From Blastocladiella emersonii ATCC 22665 (taxonomy: Eukaryota > Fungi > Blastocladiomycota), in NCBI GenBank assembly GCA_025594325.1, contig JANHCV010000017.1:1-64000 (forward strand): 64,000 bases of DNA, written 5' to 3'. A program made the translations under genes and the position numbers. Within the stretch, counting starts at the first letter, position 1, and every line of letters starts with the position of its first letter. The notes beneath the pieces are model-generated. The model had not been told where the DNA came from. It did no database searches and worked only from the letters and a program-made list of their open reading frames with translations. Shown one piece after another: positions 9,640-19,284 of this stretch.

Positions 9640-10955
9640 CCCATAGCCTCGGTCAACGACAACAAACCTCAACTACAATCAAGCACACGCGGTCGCGGCG
9701 AGGTCTCGCTGCTCGGGTCGTTGCTGGCCTCAAGCACGCGCCTGGCTGCACGTGCGAGTCCGAGTTCGAGGTACGCGACTCGGTCAACACGCGCCCATGG
9801 ACCGAAGCTGACACGGCCGATTTGAGTAGTTCATCCAGTACGTCAAGCTGCAGCGGCAAGGGTCGCCTCGTCGTCCGCCCTTGTGGCGCGCGCGAGGTCG
9901 TGCGGCGTCGATCTCATACACCCGCATCAAGGACTGGAACCTCAAGTACAAGCTCGGCATCAAGGATATCGAGGCGTTTGACAAGGAGGTACGCGGACGC
10001 GGTGTGGGTCGCCGCGGTGGCAGGTGCTGATGCCGCTTCCGTGTAGCTCACCAAGGCCCTGCAGACGATCCGCAAGCCGTTCAAGAAGAAGGCGGAGTGG
10101 GTCGACCTCGTGCAGGCGGCCGCCGACAACTCGTGCATCATCACCAACAAGGTCGGCGAAAAGAAGTCGCTTACCAAGCAGTGGCTGGTTGGCGAGGCGC
10201 CCGAGGAGCTCCACCGCGCCACGCTGGCCATGGTCGACAAGTACGACGACGCTGACCTCGACATGGATTTCGCCGACGCCGACGTCGATGCGGCGATGTC
10301 GGTCCGCGCGTGCCGTGGTGCTCACCCGCTGTACGTGTCCTTCCTCGACCGACTCGACTCCTCTTTGGGCAGGCGAACGACATGGCCAACGCTCGAGGCT
10401 CGAACCAGTAGTCGCACGGTACGGCTTTGCTCACCAAGTCGCACTCGATCCCGTCGCTCACGTTCCGCACTGTAGCCAAGCTCATGGCCGGCTACGCGAT
10501 TGTCAACGACCTCAAGCTGCTCGACATCAACAAGCCCTTCCCGATCGACGGGTCAAGTCCGGTGTGGCGCGTCATGGCCGCGGTCGCTGTCCTTGTACGT
10601 TTTGCTCTTGCAATCTGCCGGGTTCCTCCGTTTGCCTTCGCCCTCTCTGACTTCACCGCGATGCACGCTCGCCGCGTTCTAGTGTGCATGGCGCATCACT
10701 GGGAGCGCGTACCAACAAGGTATCATCGTCGGCCTGACCAAGGAGGACGCCAAGGTGACGCTCGCAGACTACTACGACGCCTTCCTCATCTCGAGCACGG
10801 GTTCGGTTTCCGTCGCCAAGCGCATCTACCTGGCCTCGCAGCTCCGCGCGCTGTTCATCGTCGAGATCGCCCAGCAGAACACGGGCGTCGAGACGACCAA
10901 GACCCAGGCGGCTATGACCGTCCACATTGCGAACGACATCTGCCCCGACGAGTAG
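9640..10955 (+). CDS. Multi-exon hypothetical gene inside the candidate TIR element
   Basis: Coding-like segments IKDWNLKYKLGIKDIEAFDKE, LTKALQTIRKPFKKKAEWVDLVQAAADN..., LLTKSHSIPSLTFRTVAKLMAG... and GIIVGLTKEDAKVTLADYYDAF...ICPDE* are separated by GTACG..AG-type introns. Start unresolved. Confidence 0.5.
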
Positions 10956-11419
10956 CTGCGCCATACCACATCTCGGGTGGAGGGGTGTGCAGCGGGCGGT
11001 GCGAGCGCATCAAGGGCTGGTTTGGTTCCCTTCCTTCATCTCGACCTCTCTGCGCACTCCATGGTCATCGTTGTGGGGCGTACGCGTGTGTATATGTTGA
11101 ACCGTTCGACCCTTGATTCGCTCGTGGATCTTGAGTGCGCTTGCGTGGATTGCGACGTGGATCAGCGCCTCGACTCGGGCTATAACCAAATGGATCCACG
11201 CCAAGGTCGAGTTGATCGTCAAACTGATCGACGCAAGGATCCATGTTTATCATGGCCTAGTTCCGTGCCTGGATTGCGATATTACTTTCCTGGATCCAGC
11301 TCGCGATCCACCTTGACCAAAAGCTGGATCCATCTGAGAGGTCCGCACGGTATGCGGGTGGATCCAGCTCGCCCAAGCTTGATCCACGCTTGATCCAGAA
11401 AAGTAATATCGGGATCCAC

Positions 11420-11796
11420 AGTTGAAGCGTACTCGACTGGGAGGAAGCTCGGCACGATGGACGTGCGATCTTGGCGGAGATGAAGATCGAGGCGGTGAAG
11501 AGGTTCACAAGAGGGGACGGTGAAGAGGTTCACAAGAGGAGACGGTGAGGAGGTTCACGAAAGGACAACAGGCTGTATGTGGTGGCTAATACTAGCAACT
11601 GGTCAAAGGAACAAGAGAGAGAGGGGATGCGGAGGCGCGTCGTCCGATGTGAGCGGGCCGACGCGTCGCTCGGTGAGGTGAGGCGGTCCGCGGCGATGAC
11701 AAAGGAGATCGGCGCGGTGCGCGTGACGCGCGTGACGCGGGCGGGGTCGCACGCGTCCGGTGACTGTGGCGCAACGCGGTCACGTGTACTTGAACT
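11420..11796 (-). repeat. Copia 3' LTR (377 bp; 5'-AGTTCAAG...CTTCAACT-3')
   Basis: Direct repeat of 18771-19147. Contains a 25-bp unit x3. Confidence 0.97.
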
Positions 11797-11810
11797 CTCC
11801 CCCGACCGCC
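11797..11810 (-). promoter_or_regulatory. Polypurine tract (GGCGGTCGGGGGAG)
   Basis: Purine-rich run ending GGGGGAG immediately 5' of the 3' LTR on the minus strand. Confidence 0.8.
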
Positions 11811-11823
11811 GGGCGAGTCGAGC

Positions 11824-14480
11824 TTACGCGTCGGACTCGGCGTGCTCGTGGATGAGCGACCGCGGGACGAGGCCGAGACTGGACACGGCCCACTGGAACG
11901 CCTTGCCGTCGACAATGGCCTTGGTGAAGAAGTCGGCGAGATTGAGCGCCGACGCGACCTTCTGGAGCGAGATGATGCCGCGCTTGACCTTGTCGCGGAG
12001 GAACTCGATGCGGACCGAGATGTGCTTGACGGAGCGGCACACGGCATCGGTTCGAGTCACGGCGATCAGCGGCTCGTTGTCCTCGAGCAGGACGGGTGGG
12101 TTGATCTCGGAGTGCGTCATCTGCTCGAGCAGGTCGCGGATCCAGATGACCTCGCGCGTCGCCTCGGTGGCGGCGTTGAGCTCCGACTCGACCGTGGACA
12201 GCGCGACCCATGGCTGGCGCTTGGACATCCACGCGACGGCGGCGCCCGCGATCAAGATGACGACGCCCGTGGTCGAGCGGCACGTCTCCTTGTCGCCCGC
12301 GTAGTCGGCGTCGGCGTAGCAGCGCATCGACTCGTTGATGGGCGCCTTGCGGGCGAACTTGAGGCCGTGGTCGGCCGTGTTGGACACGTAGTGGCAGATC
12401 TGGTTGAGCACCTTGCGATCTGCGAAAGTCGGACACGCCGCGCGGCGGGACGCGACGCCGACCGCGAACGAGATGTTGGGGCGCGACATGGTGGCGAGAT
12501 GGAGTAGCGCGCCGAGGACCGACTGGTACGCGCGAGTGCGGTCCGCGTCGAGCGTGGTGGTCGAGTGCGTGATGTCGACCTGCGACGCGTCGTACATATC
12601 GTCGCCGGGGGTACCCGCGTCGAGCGTGGTACCCGCGGTCTTGGGCGACCTGAGCATCGTGTTGGTGATACCGGACTCGGGCAGCTGCGAGATGGGCACC
12701 GGCGCGTTGGTCTTGCCAAGCTCCCAGTGGTTGACGAGGCCCTTGACGTACCCCGTCTGCCCGATCCAGATGTAGTCCTCGTGCTGGACCACCTCCATGT
12801 TGAGGAACGAGTCGGCGAGACCGAGGTCCTTGATGTCGAAGACCTTGGCGAGGTCGGCCTTGACACCCTTGACCTGCTCCTCATCGTCGCCGCCGATCAG
12901 GAGGTCGTCAACGTAGCAGATGAGGTTGGTGACGCGGCCGTCGAGCAGGCGCGTGAACACGCACGGGTCGGCTGAGGTGTGCTTGAACCCGAGCTTCTCG
13001 ACCTCGGACGAAAAGAGCAGGTACCAGTGACGGCCTGCGTCCTTGAGGCCGTACAGCGACTTGTTGAGCCGGTACACGTCGTCATCGGCGGCGCCGACAC
13101 CGGGTGGCGGCCGCATGTACACGGGTTTCGGGAGCACAGCATGGACGTACGCGGACGACACATCCATGGAGTGAATTCGCCAATCGCGCGACGCGGCGAC
13201 GGCGAAGAAGGCGCGGATCGACGCGTACGAGACCGTGGGCGAGTAACAGTTGTCGACGTCGATCCCGGCGCGCTGTTGATCTCCTCGGGCGACGAGGCGC
13301 GCCTTGAAGATGTCCTTGGCGGCCGTGTACGCGTAGACCCACTGCGAGCCGATGATGCGGGCGTCGGCGGGGACGTCGGCCTTCTTGATCATGGTCCAGG
13401 TACCGTTCTTGTACAGCGACGTGAGCTCCTTGATCTGGGCGCTGGCCCAGCGCTCGCGGTCGGTCGACCTGCACGCGTCGCGGAAGTTACGCGGCACGTC
13501 GATCACGGTGAGGACCACCGACTGAGTCGGCTCACGAGCAAACTCCCACGGCAGGTGGTGTGGTGGTGCTGTACTCGCGGCCGCGGTGATCTCGTCGCGC
13601 GGAGATGGCGTAGATGAGGTTGGAGCCAGGGACTCCTGCTGCTGCGCGGACATGGCGTGATGCCCGCTGTTCTTGCGCGTGTCGCGGTTGGCGATGGTCG
13701 AGTCGCGCGGCGTGCGGAACAGCGTCACGAGTGGGTAATTGTCGGGTAGCGGGTCCTCGTCGTCCTGGGACACTGCTACGTTGGCCTGCGCCCGCGCAGT
13801 TGTGCGACCGCCGCGCGTCGTGACGGCCTTGCGCGGCAGCTCGTAGTTGCCCGTCTTGGGGTTGTAGACGAGACCGTCGAACTCGTCAGCGTTCTCCTCG
13901 TCGTCCTGGTCGACCGCCGGTGCTGGTGCGGGTACACGCGGTTCGGGAACCGGTGGTGTTGCGGGACGCGGCGAGGTGGTCGAGGACGACGGGGTCGAGT
14001 CGTTGACGGCAGGCGAATCGATGCACGACGAGGGATCCTCGTAGTCGGGATCGCGGGGATCGTAGCGCGCACCGTCGTCCGTGACGTGGTGCGTCTCGAG
14101 GTCCTTGAACATGCGGCGAAACGCCTCGACGCTCGACGTGGCGCGCTTGATGAGCGAGCGCTCGTCGAAGATGGCGATACGCACGCGCGCGATCTTGCGC
14201 GTGGACAGGTTGAGCAGGATCTGCTTCTTGGTCTCGTCGTCACCGTGGCCGAGGAAAATGTACGGCTGAGCCGTCAGCTCGAGCTTGCCGATGTGCGAGC
14301 CGTGGATGACGGGCGCGTACGCGGTCACGCCCCACGCGCGGATGTTGGCGAGGTTCGGGACGCGGCCGTGCAGCATCTCGAATGGCGTCTTCCGGCTGAG
14401 GGCGACGCGCGGTGTTCGATTCCACACGAAGTTCGCGTGATCGATGGCGTACCACCACAGCGAGGTGGCGGCGGTGCTCC
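11824..14480 (-). CDS. Copia pol 3' part: integrase C-terminus, reverse transcriptase, RNase H
   Basis: WWYAIDHANFVWNRTP..KTPFEMLHG; KARLVARG; LNKSLYGLKDAGRHW; CYVDDLLIG; YADADYAGD..RSTTG; ALSTVESE; EDN; KHI; NLADFFTK. Confidence 0.95.
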
Positions 14481-15913
14481 TCGACGAGCCCGTACCGCGG
14501 GTTGAACAGCTGGTGCAGCGCTTCGCGGCCTGCGTGGCCGAACCGCAGGTGCGTGATAATGGCCGAGATGATCGACTTGGCCTCGGATCTCGATGGCGAG
14601 GATCGAGGGCTGGCGGATGTTGAGGGCGAGGTCTCGGCGGCCGTGCCAGATGGTGGCGATGGTGGTGGTGCCAAAGAAGATGATGGCGCCGACGACGCGG
14701 CGGCAGCAGTGCCGGTCGCCGTGGCCGTGTCCAAGGTCGCTCCCCCCATCTTGGTCAGGTTCGCAAACGCGAGTAGTGGGCGATCGAGATAGTTGTGCTC
14801 GCGCGGGTCGGCTCCCCCAGCCGTGGATGGTGAACCAGCTCCCCCTGCTCCAGGCGGCGAGTTGGCTCCTCCGTTGGTGGTGGCGAGCGGCGGGCTGGCT
14901 CCCCCGACGTCGGCAGGCGGGTCCTCGGGTAGAAGAGCGGCGTCGCCGAGCATGGAGTCGAGCACGGTGGCCGAGACGGGCTCGTTGGAGCCAAACGACT
15001 CGACGTCGCCGTCAAAGTGGTGGTCAGGCTCGTTGACGTGGCCGGCTGAGTACACGTCGTGCATGGCGTGGTCGAGCATGTCGAGGAAGTTCAGGCCGAG
15101 CGCGGGCGTCTCGGCGGCGGTGTTGTGCGACGACTGGAAGTCGAGGAACACAGACGGGTCCGTCATGGCGACGGCGGGGTGCGAGACCCGCTTGTCGGTG
15201 ATGATGGTCGTGTTGAGCAGCGGCACGTTGCCCGAGTTATCGAGCTTGATCTTGTGCGTGATGGCGCCGTCCCACGAGGTCGCGGCGGGGTCGCGGGCGC
15301 AGATACTCACGCCGCCGTCGAACATCTCGACCTTGTAGCCGCTGCCCTTGGCCGCGAGCACGTTGAACGACACGATTGGGACGATGAGCTCGGGCACGAA
15401 GAAGGTGTTGGCCATGAGGATCCAGACGGGCTTCTTCTCGGTGGTGGTGCACTCGATTAGCATGTCGCCGACGTGGGTCGCGAGGATGTGCTTGCCCGTG
15501 GCGGCCTGGATCTTGATGGGCCGGAGCAGCTTGCGCGCGTTGCGCAGGTGGCGGAACACGTTGGTCATGGTATTCGACGCGCCCGAGTCGCCAACGAAGG
15601 CGGTCTGCCAGCGGGCGACCTGCTTGGCGAGCTCCTTGTTGAGGAACTGGGGCTTGATGTAGTGCTTCACCTTCTCGCGGCGCGAGGCGATGATGGTGAA
15701 GGCGACCGGCAGGGTGTCAGTGGGACACTTTCGATGGTCCGAGTTGGTGGTGGGCTTGCCGTTGGGCGAGATGATGGGCGGCTCGTCAACAAGCATGGCG
15801 TCGTGGACGCGCGAGGATGGTGGCGACGGGTGCCGAGGATCTGGAGCGGGCGGCGGAAGGGGAGCAGGGACGGGCCGGGGCGCGACGTCTACTGCTCCCC
15901 ACGGCCGTTTCCC
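14480..15913 (-). CDS. Copia pol 5' part: aspartic protease and GAG-pre-integrase, in the -1 frame relative to gag
   Basis: AFVGDSGASNTMT protease motif and HLRFGH pre-integrase motif. The frame begins GKRPW at the slippery site. Confidence 0.9.
15859..15913 (-). promoter_or_regulatory. Putative -1 programmed ribosomal frameshift signal (G GGA AAC, 6-nt spacer, stem-loop)
   Basis: The heptamer at 15913-15907 is in the gag frame, 5 codons before the gag stop. GGGGAGCAG (15900-15892) pairs with CTGCTCCCC (15867-15859). Confidence 0.8.
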
Positions 15914-17763
15914 GACGTTGTGCGGTTGGCGGGCGCGTACTTGTGCACGTGCCACTCGCCCTGGCGCTGGCTCGGCTCGAAGCCGCGCGGCGGTGGGCCT
16001 GACTTGTAGCCCTCGTAGCGCGGGTCGTGGTTCGGGCTGAACTCACCCCACGGCCGGATCGGACAGCGGATCTTGTTGTGGCCGGTGACCTTCTTCTTGT
16101 CCTTGTAGATGCACCACTTGCACTTGCGCAGGCAGTCGTCGCCGGTGCGCGGGCGTTTCGGGTTGCCGTGGACGTGGTCGTGGTGGTTGGAGCCGCGGTC
16201 AGTGCGGGAGGACGATGATGAAGAGGAAGAGGACGACGACGAGGATGCCGACGGCGTGTTGGACTCGTCGTGGTGCTTGCGCTTACCGGCGCCCGACGAG
16301 GTGCGCGGGACCCACGAGTGGTCGCCAAACTCGTCCTGCAGCTTCTCGCACAGCGCCTTGATGGTGGGCGTCTTGCTGCAGGCGCGCGAGATGTGCGACG
16401 CGACCGTCTCGCTCTGGCCGTCGAACTTGGCTCGGAACAGCGAGATGATCTCGTTGATGCGCAGGTGGGTGCCGGGAATGCACGCGTCGACGAGCGAGAT
16501 CTCAGCGCGGAACGCGGAGGCGAACGTCGCGGCGGACGGGAAGGCGCCGGGGCGGGGGTCCTTGAGCTTCTTCATGGCGCGGTCGCGGCGCTCGACGAGT
16601 ACGTCAAGGTTCTGGTACTGGTCCATCATGTGCGCCCACACGTCGCACGCGTGGGGGAAGTGCGTGTAGGCGGCGCTCAACGAGTGGTGGCCCATGAGCG
16701 ACAGCAGCTTGTCGCGGATCATGGTGTCAAGGTTTGAGAAGAGGATGATACCGGCGTTGTTACCGGCGAAGGTGACCGTGTTGAGCGTGGTCGGGTCCTT
16801 CTCGATGATGCAGAGTTGCTTTCTGCAGAGTAGACGGTGCTTGATCTCGTCGGCGGGGAAGTCGATCCAGCCGTCGGTCAGGCGCCACGTAATTGAGTCG
16901 AAGGCGTCCGATTGCTCGGTGGGCAGGGAGTAGCGCCAATCGATGCCGGTCGTGACGACGGGTGCCGGCGAGGTAGACGAGAAGGCGGCGGCCGCCGCAG
17001 CGGCGCGGGCGACCGTCGAGACGATGGTCTCCTCGAGGTGACCCACCTTGGACTTGAGGTTGGTGGTCTCGAGCTTGGCCGCCTTGAGCTTACCGTCGGC
17101 GACGGCGAGTGCGTCGGCCGAGGTCTGCGCGCGGTGGCGGGCCTGCTCGGCGGCCGTGTTGGCCGTGGTGATGGACGTGTTGGCCGAGGCGAGCTGGTCG
17201 CGCAGGTCGGCGATGGTCTTCTCGGTCGTCTGGGCGACGGACTCGAGACGGGAAATCTTCTTGGCGAGTTGCTGTGCGTCAGGCTGTGCGGCGCGAGGAG
17301 CACCGGCATCGGGTTGCTGAGCAGCGAGGAAGACGGTCACGGCCATGAGCAGCTCGGGCTTGACAATGGCCGACGGGATCGTCGGGTTGACGTTCATGAT
17401 GAGCGAGGCGCCGCACGGGACAAGACCGTGCGCGAGGTACGCGTCGACGGTCGTCGTGTCGGCGGCAGGGGTCCAGTGCGGCGTGAGGAACTCAAGCACC
17501 ATCTCGATGTTGTCGCGCGACGAGATGGAGACGGTCGAGTTGTGGCGCAGGATGACGTAGTCGCGGGAGACCTCGTCGATGAGGTCCGTGATAGCGGTCG
17601 TGCGGGCCTCGTTGAACTGCTCCTCGGTGATCTGGTTGATGGGGGTACTGGTCTCGCGCGCGGCGGCAGCGAGAATATCTTCATGGCGGAAGATGGCCAG
17701 GTACTCGTTGTCGGCGATGCCCGTGAGCTGCTCAAAGAGCACGAGGATACGATGTGTGGTCAT
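15889..17763 (-). CDS. Copia gag (~624 aa from MTTHRIL)
   Basis: Long ORF with a coiled-coil region, a Copia-gag-like VWAHMMDQY segment and an expanded knuckle CKWC-x10-H-x4-C. Confidence 0.85.
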   Translation of the reverse strand: MTTHRILVLFEQLTGIADNEYLAIFRHEDILAAAARETSTPINQITEEQFNEARTTAITDLIDEVSRDYVILRHNSTVSISSRDNIEMVLEFLTPHWTPAADTTTVDAYLAHGLVPCGASLIMNVNPTIPSAIVKPELLMAVTVFLAAQQPDAGAPRAAQPDAQQLAKKISRLESVAQTTEKTIADLRDQLASANTSITTANTAAEQARHRAQTSADALAVADGKLKAAKLETTNLKSKVGHLEETIVSTVARAAAAAAAFSSTSPAPVVTTGIDWRYSLPTEQSDAFDSITWRLTDGWIDFPADEIKHRLLCRKQLCIIEKDPTTLNTVTFAGNNAGIILFSNLDTMIRDKLLSLMGHHSLSAAYTHFPHACDVWAHMMDQYQNLDVLVERRDRAMKKLKDPRPGAFPSAATFASAFRAEISLVDACIPGTHLRINEIISLFRAKFDGQSETVASHISRACSKTPTIKALCEKLQDEFGDHSWVPRTSSGAGKRKHHDESNTPSASSSSSSSSSSSSSRTDRGSNHHDHVHGNPKRPRTGDDCLRKCKWCIYKDKKKVTGHNKIRCPIRPWGEFSPNHDPRYEGYKSGPPPRGFEPSQRQGEWHVHKYAPANRTTSGNGRGEQ

Positions 17764-18019
17764 GGCGAAGACCACCGGTTGTGCGGACACGCGGCTCAGT
17801 GGCAGAGGAGGATGGTGTTGCAGGTAGTGAAGACTAGGAGTCGGATCGGCGGGGGCGACGGGGAGTGAGTAAGTGAGCGAGCTGCGGCGGCGGCGGCCCG
17901 GAGCGCGTTGCGCCACCCGAGGGACTCGCTGCACGCACGACGCCCGCTCCCCCGCATCGCGACCACCTCTTCCTTCGACGCAAAGTACACCAGGCACACA
18001 CACACATCCCGGATCCGCA

Positions 18020-18441
18020 CGGCGCCGCTCGGGAGCGGGCACCGACGTGGCCGCGGACTCGGAGCGGAACGAGTCGCGCATGGAGACCACGCGCCCGCGC
18101 TGCTGCGCGAGCTACGGTAGGACCGTACGGCGCCGCCCAGGAGCGGGCACCGACGTGGCCGCGGACTCGGAGCGGAACGAGTCGTGCATGGAGACCACGC
18201 GTCCGCGCTGCTGCGCGAACTACGGTAGGACCGTACGGCGCCGCCCAGGAGCGGGCACCAACGTGGCCGCGGATTCAGAGCGGGATGAATCGCGCGTGGA
18301 GACCACGCGTCCGCGCTGCTGCGCGAACTACGGCAGGACCGTACGGCGCCGCCCAGGAGCGGGCACCGACGTGGCCGCGGACTCGGAGCGGAACGAGTCG
18401 CGCATGGAGACCACGCGTCCGCGCTGCTGCGCGAACTACGG
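18020..18441 (-). repeat. 108-bp tandem repeat x ~4 in the Copia 5' leader
   Basis: GAGCGGGCACC recurs at 18033, 18141, 18249 and 18357. Confidence 0.95.
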
Positions 18442-18756
18442 CTAAGAGAATCACACAGGCAGGATGAGGGTGTGGCGAGCGCGAGCTGGGTGACAGACAG
18501 GGGGTCTGTCGACACTCGCAGCAAGAGGTGGACAAAGGTCGGCCGCGTACGCGTTCCCACGGCGCGACGAGCGCGCGAGCGGGCAGGAACGCGTCCACCC
18601 AACGCGCCGACGCAGCGACAGCGAAGGGTGCGCGTGCGCCTCGATTCTGCGTGCCACGGGAGCGACGGCAGGCACGAGGGCGCAGTGCGGCGGCGAGGAT
18701 CGAGAGGTCGCGGCGCGGGCGAAGCGAGATCATACGTACATCGAGCCGCTGCTTTC

Positions 18757-18770
18757 CAGGGCTCATAACC
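18757..18770 (-). promoter_or_regulatory. Primer-binding site GGTTATGAGCCCTG (complement of the tRNA-iMet anticodon arm)
   Basis: Directly abuts the 5' LTR. Same type as the Ty5 and Drosophila copia half-tRNA PBS. Confidence 0.9.
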
Positions 18771-19147
18771 AGTTGAAGCGTACTCGACTGGGAGGAAGCT
18801 CGGCACGATGGACGTGCGATCTTGGCGGAGATGAAGATCGAGGCGGTGAAGAGGTTCACAAGAGGGGACGGTGAAGAGGTTCACAAGAGGAGACGGTGAG
18901 GAGGTTCACGAGAGGACAACAGGCTGTATGTGGTGGCTAATACTAGCAACTGGTCAAAGGAACAAGAGAGAGAGGGGATGCGGAGGCGCGTCGTCCGATG
19001 TGAGCGGGCCGACGCGTCGCTCGGTGAGGTGAGGCGGTCCGCGGCGATGACAAAGGAGATCGGCGCGGTGCGCGTGACGCGCGTGACGCGGGCGGGGTCG
19101 CACGCGTCCGGTGACTGTGGCGCAACGCGGTCACGTGTACTTGAACT
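18771..19147 (-). repeat. Copia 5' LTR (377 bp)
   Basis: Direct repeat of 11420-11796. Confidence 0.97.
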
Positions 19148-19284
19148 TCCACATTCCCCCGAGGTCCATCCAGTCCATGGCTGGATCCAGGGTGGATCCA
19201 CTTCAAATGGCTGGGGCACGGTTTGGTGATGACGTGCGCCTGAGCGTCGATTGGACTATAGCGCTTGTTCACGGTGCAGGCGCC

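Larger units (their letters stand above)
11420..19147 (-). mobile_element. Ty1/copia LTR retrotransposon, recent insertion, integrase core deleted
   Basis: Two 377-bp LTRs (one difference seen by eye), TSD TCCAC at 11415-11419 and 19148-19152, PBS and PPT abutting the LTRs, domain order gag-PR-IN-RT-RH. Confidence 0.97.
7965..19231. mobile_element. Candidate TIR DNA transposon (short TIR plus TGGATCCA subterminal arrays), interrupted by the Copia element
   Basis: CATCACCAAACCG(C)GCC at 7965-7981 is inverted at 19215-19231 (13 bp exact, 16/17 extended). At least five TGGATCCA palindromes lie inside each end (~7995-8200; ~11190-11419 plus 19148-19202). No unambiguous TSD other than a possible AT. 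Confidence 0.45.

Noticed and set aside
17764-18090. Gag starting at 18090 as in the ORF track
   Set aside because: The extension runs through the 108-bp leader repeats. MTTHRIL at 17763 is the more plausible start, though unproven.
18020-18441. Regular repeat array as a possible CRISPR
   Set aside because: The units are contiguous 108-bp tandem copies without unique spacers, inside a eukaryotic retrotransposon leader, and there are no cas genes.
18757-18770. tRNA-like sequence CAGGGCTCATAACC (also at 19409-19422)
   Set aside because: Only the anticodon arm is present with no cloverleaf; it is the primer-binding site.
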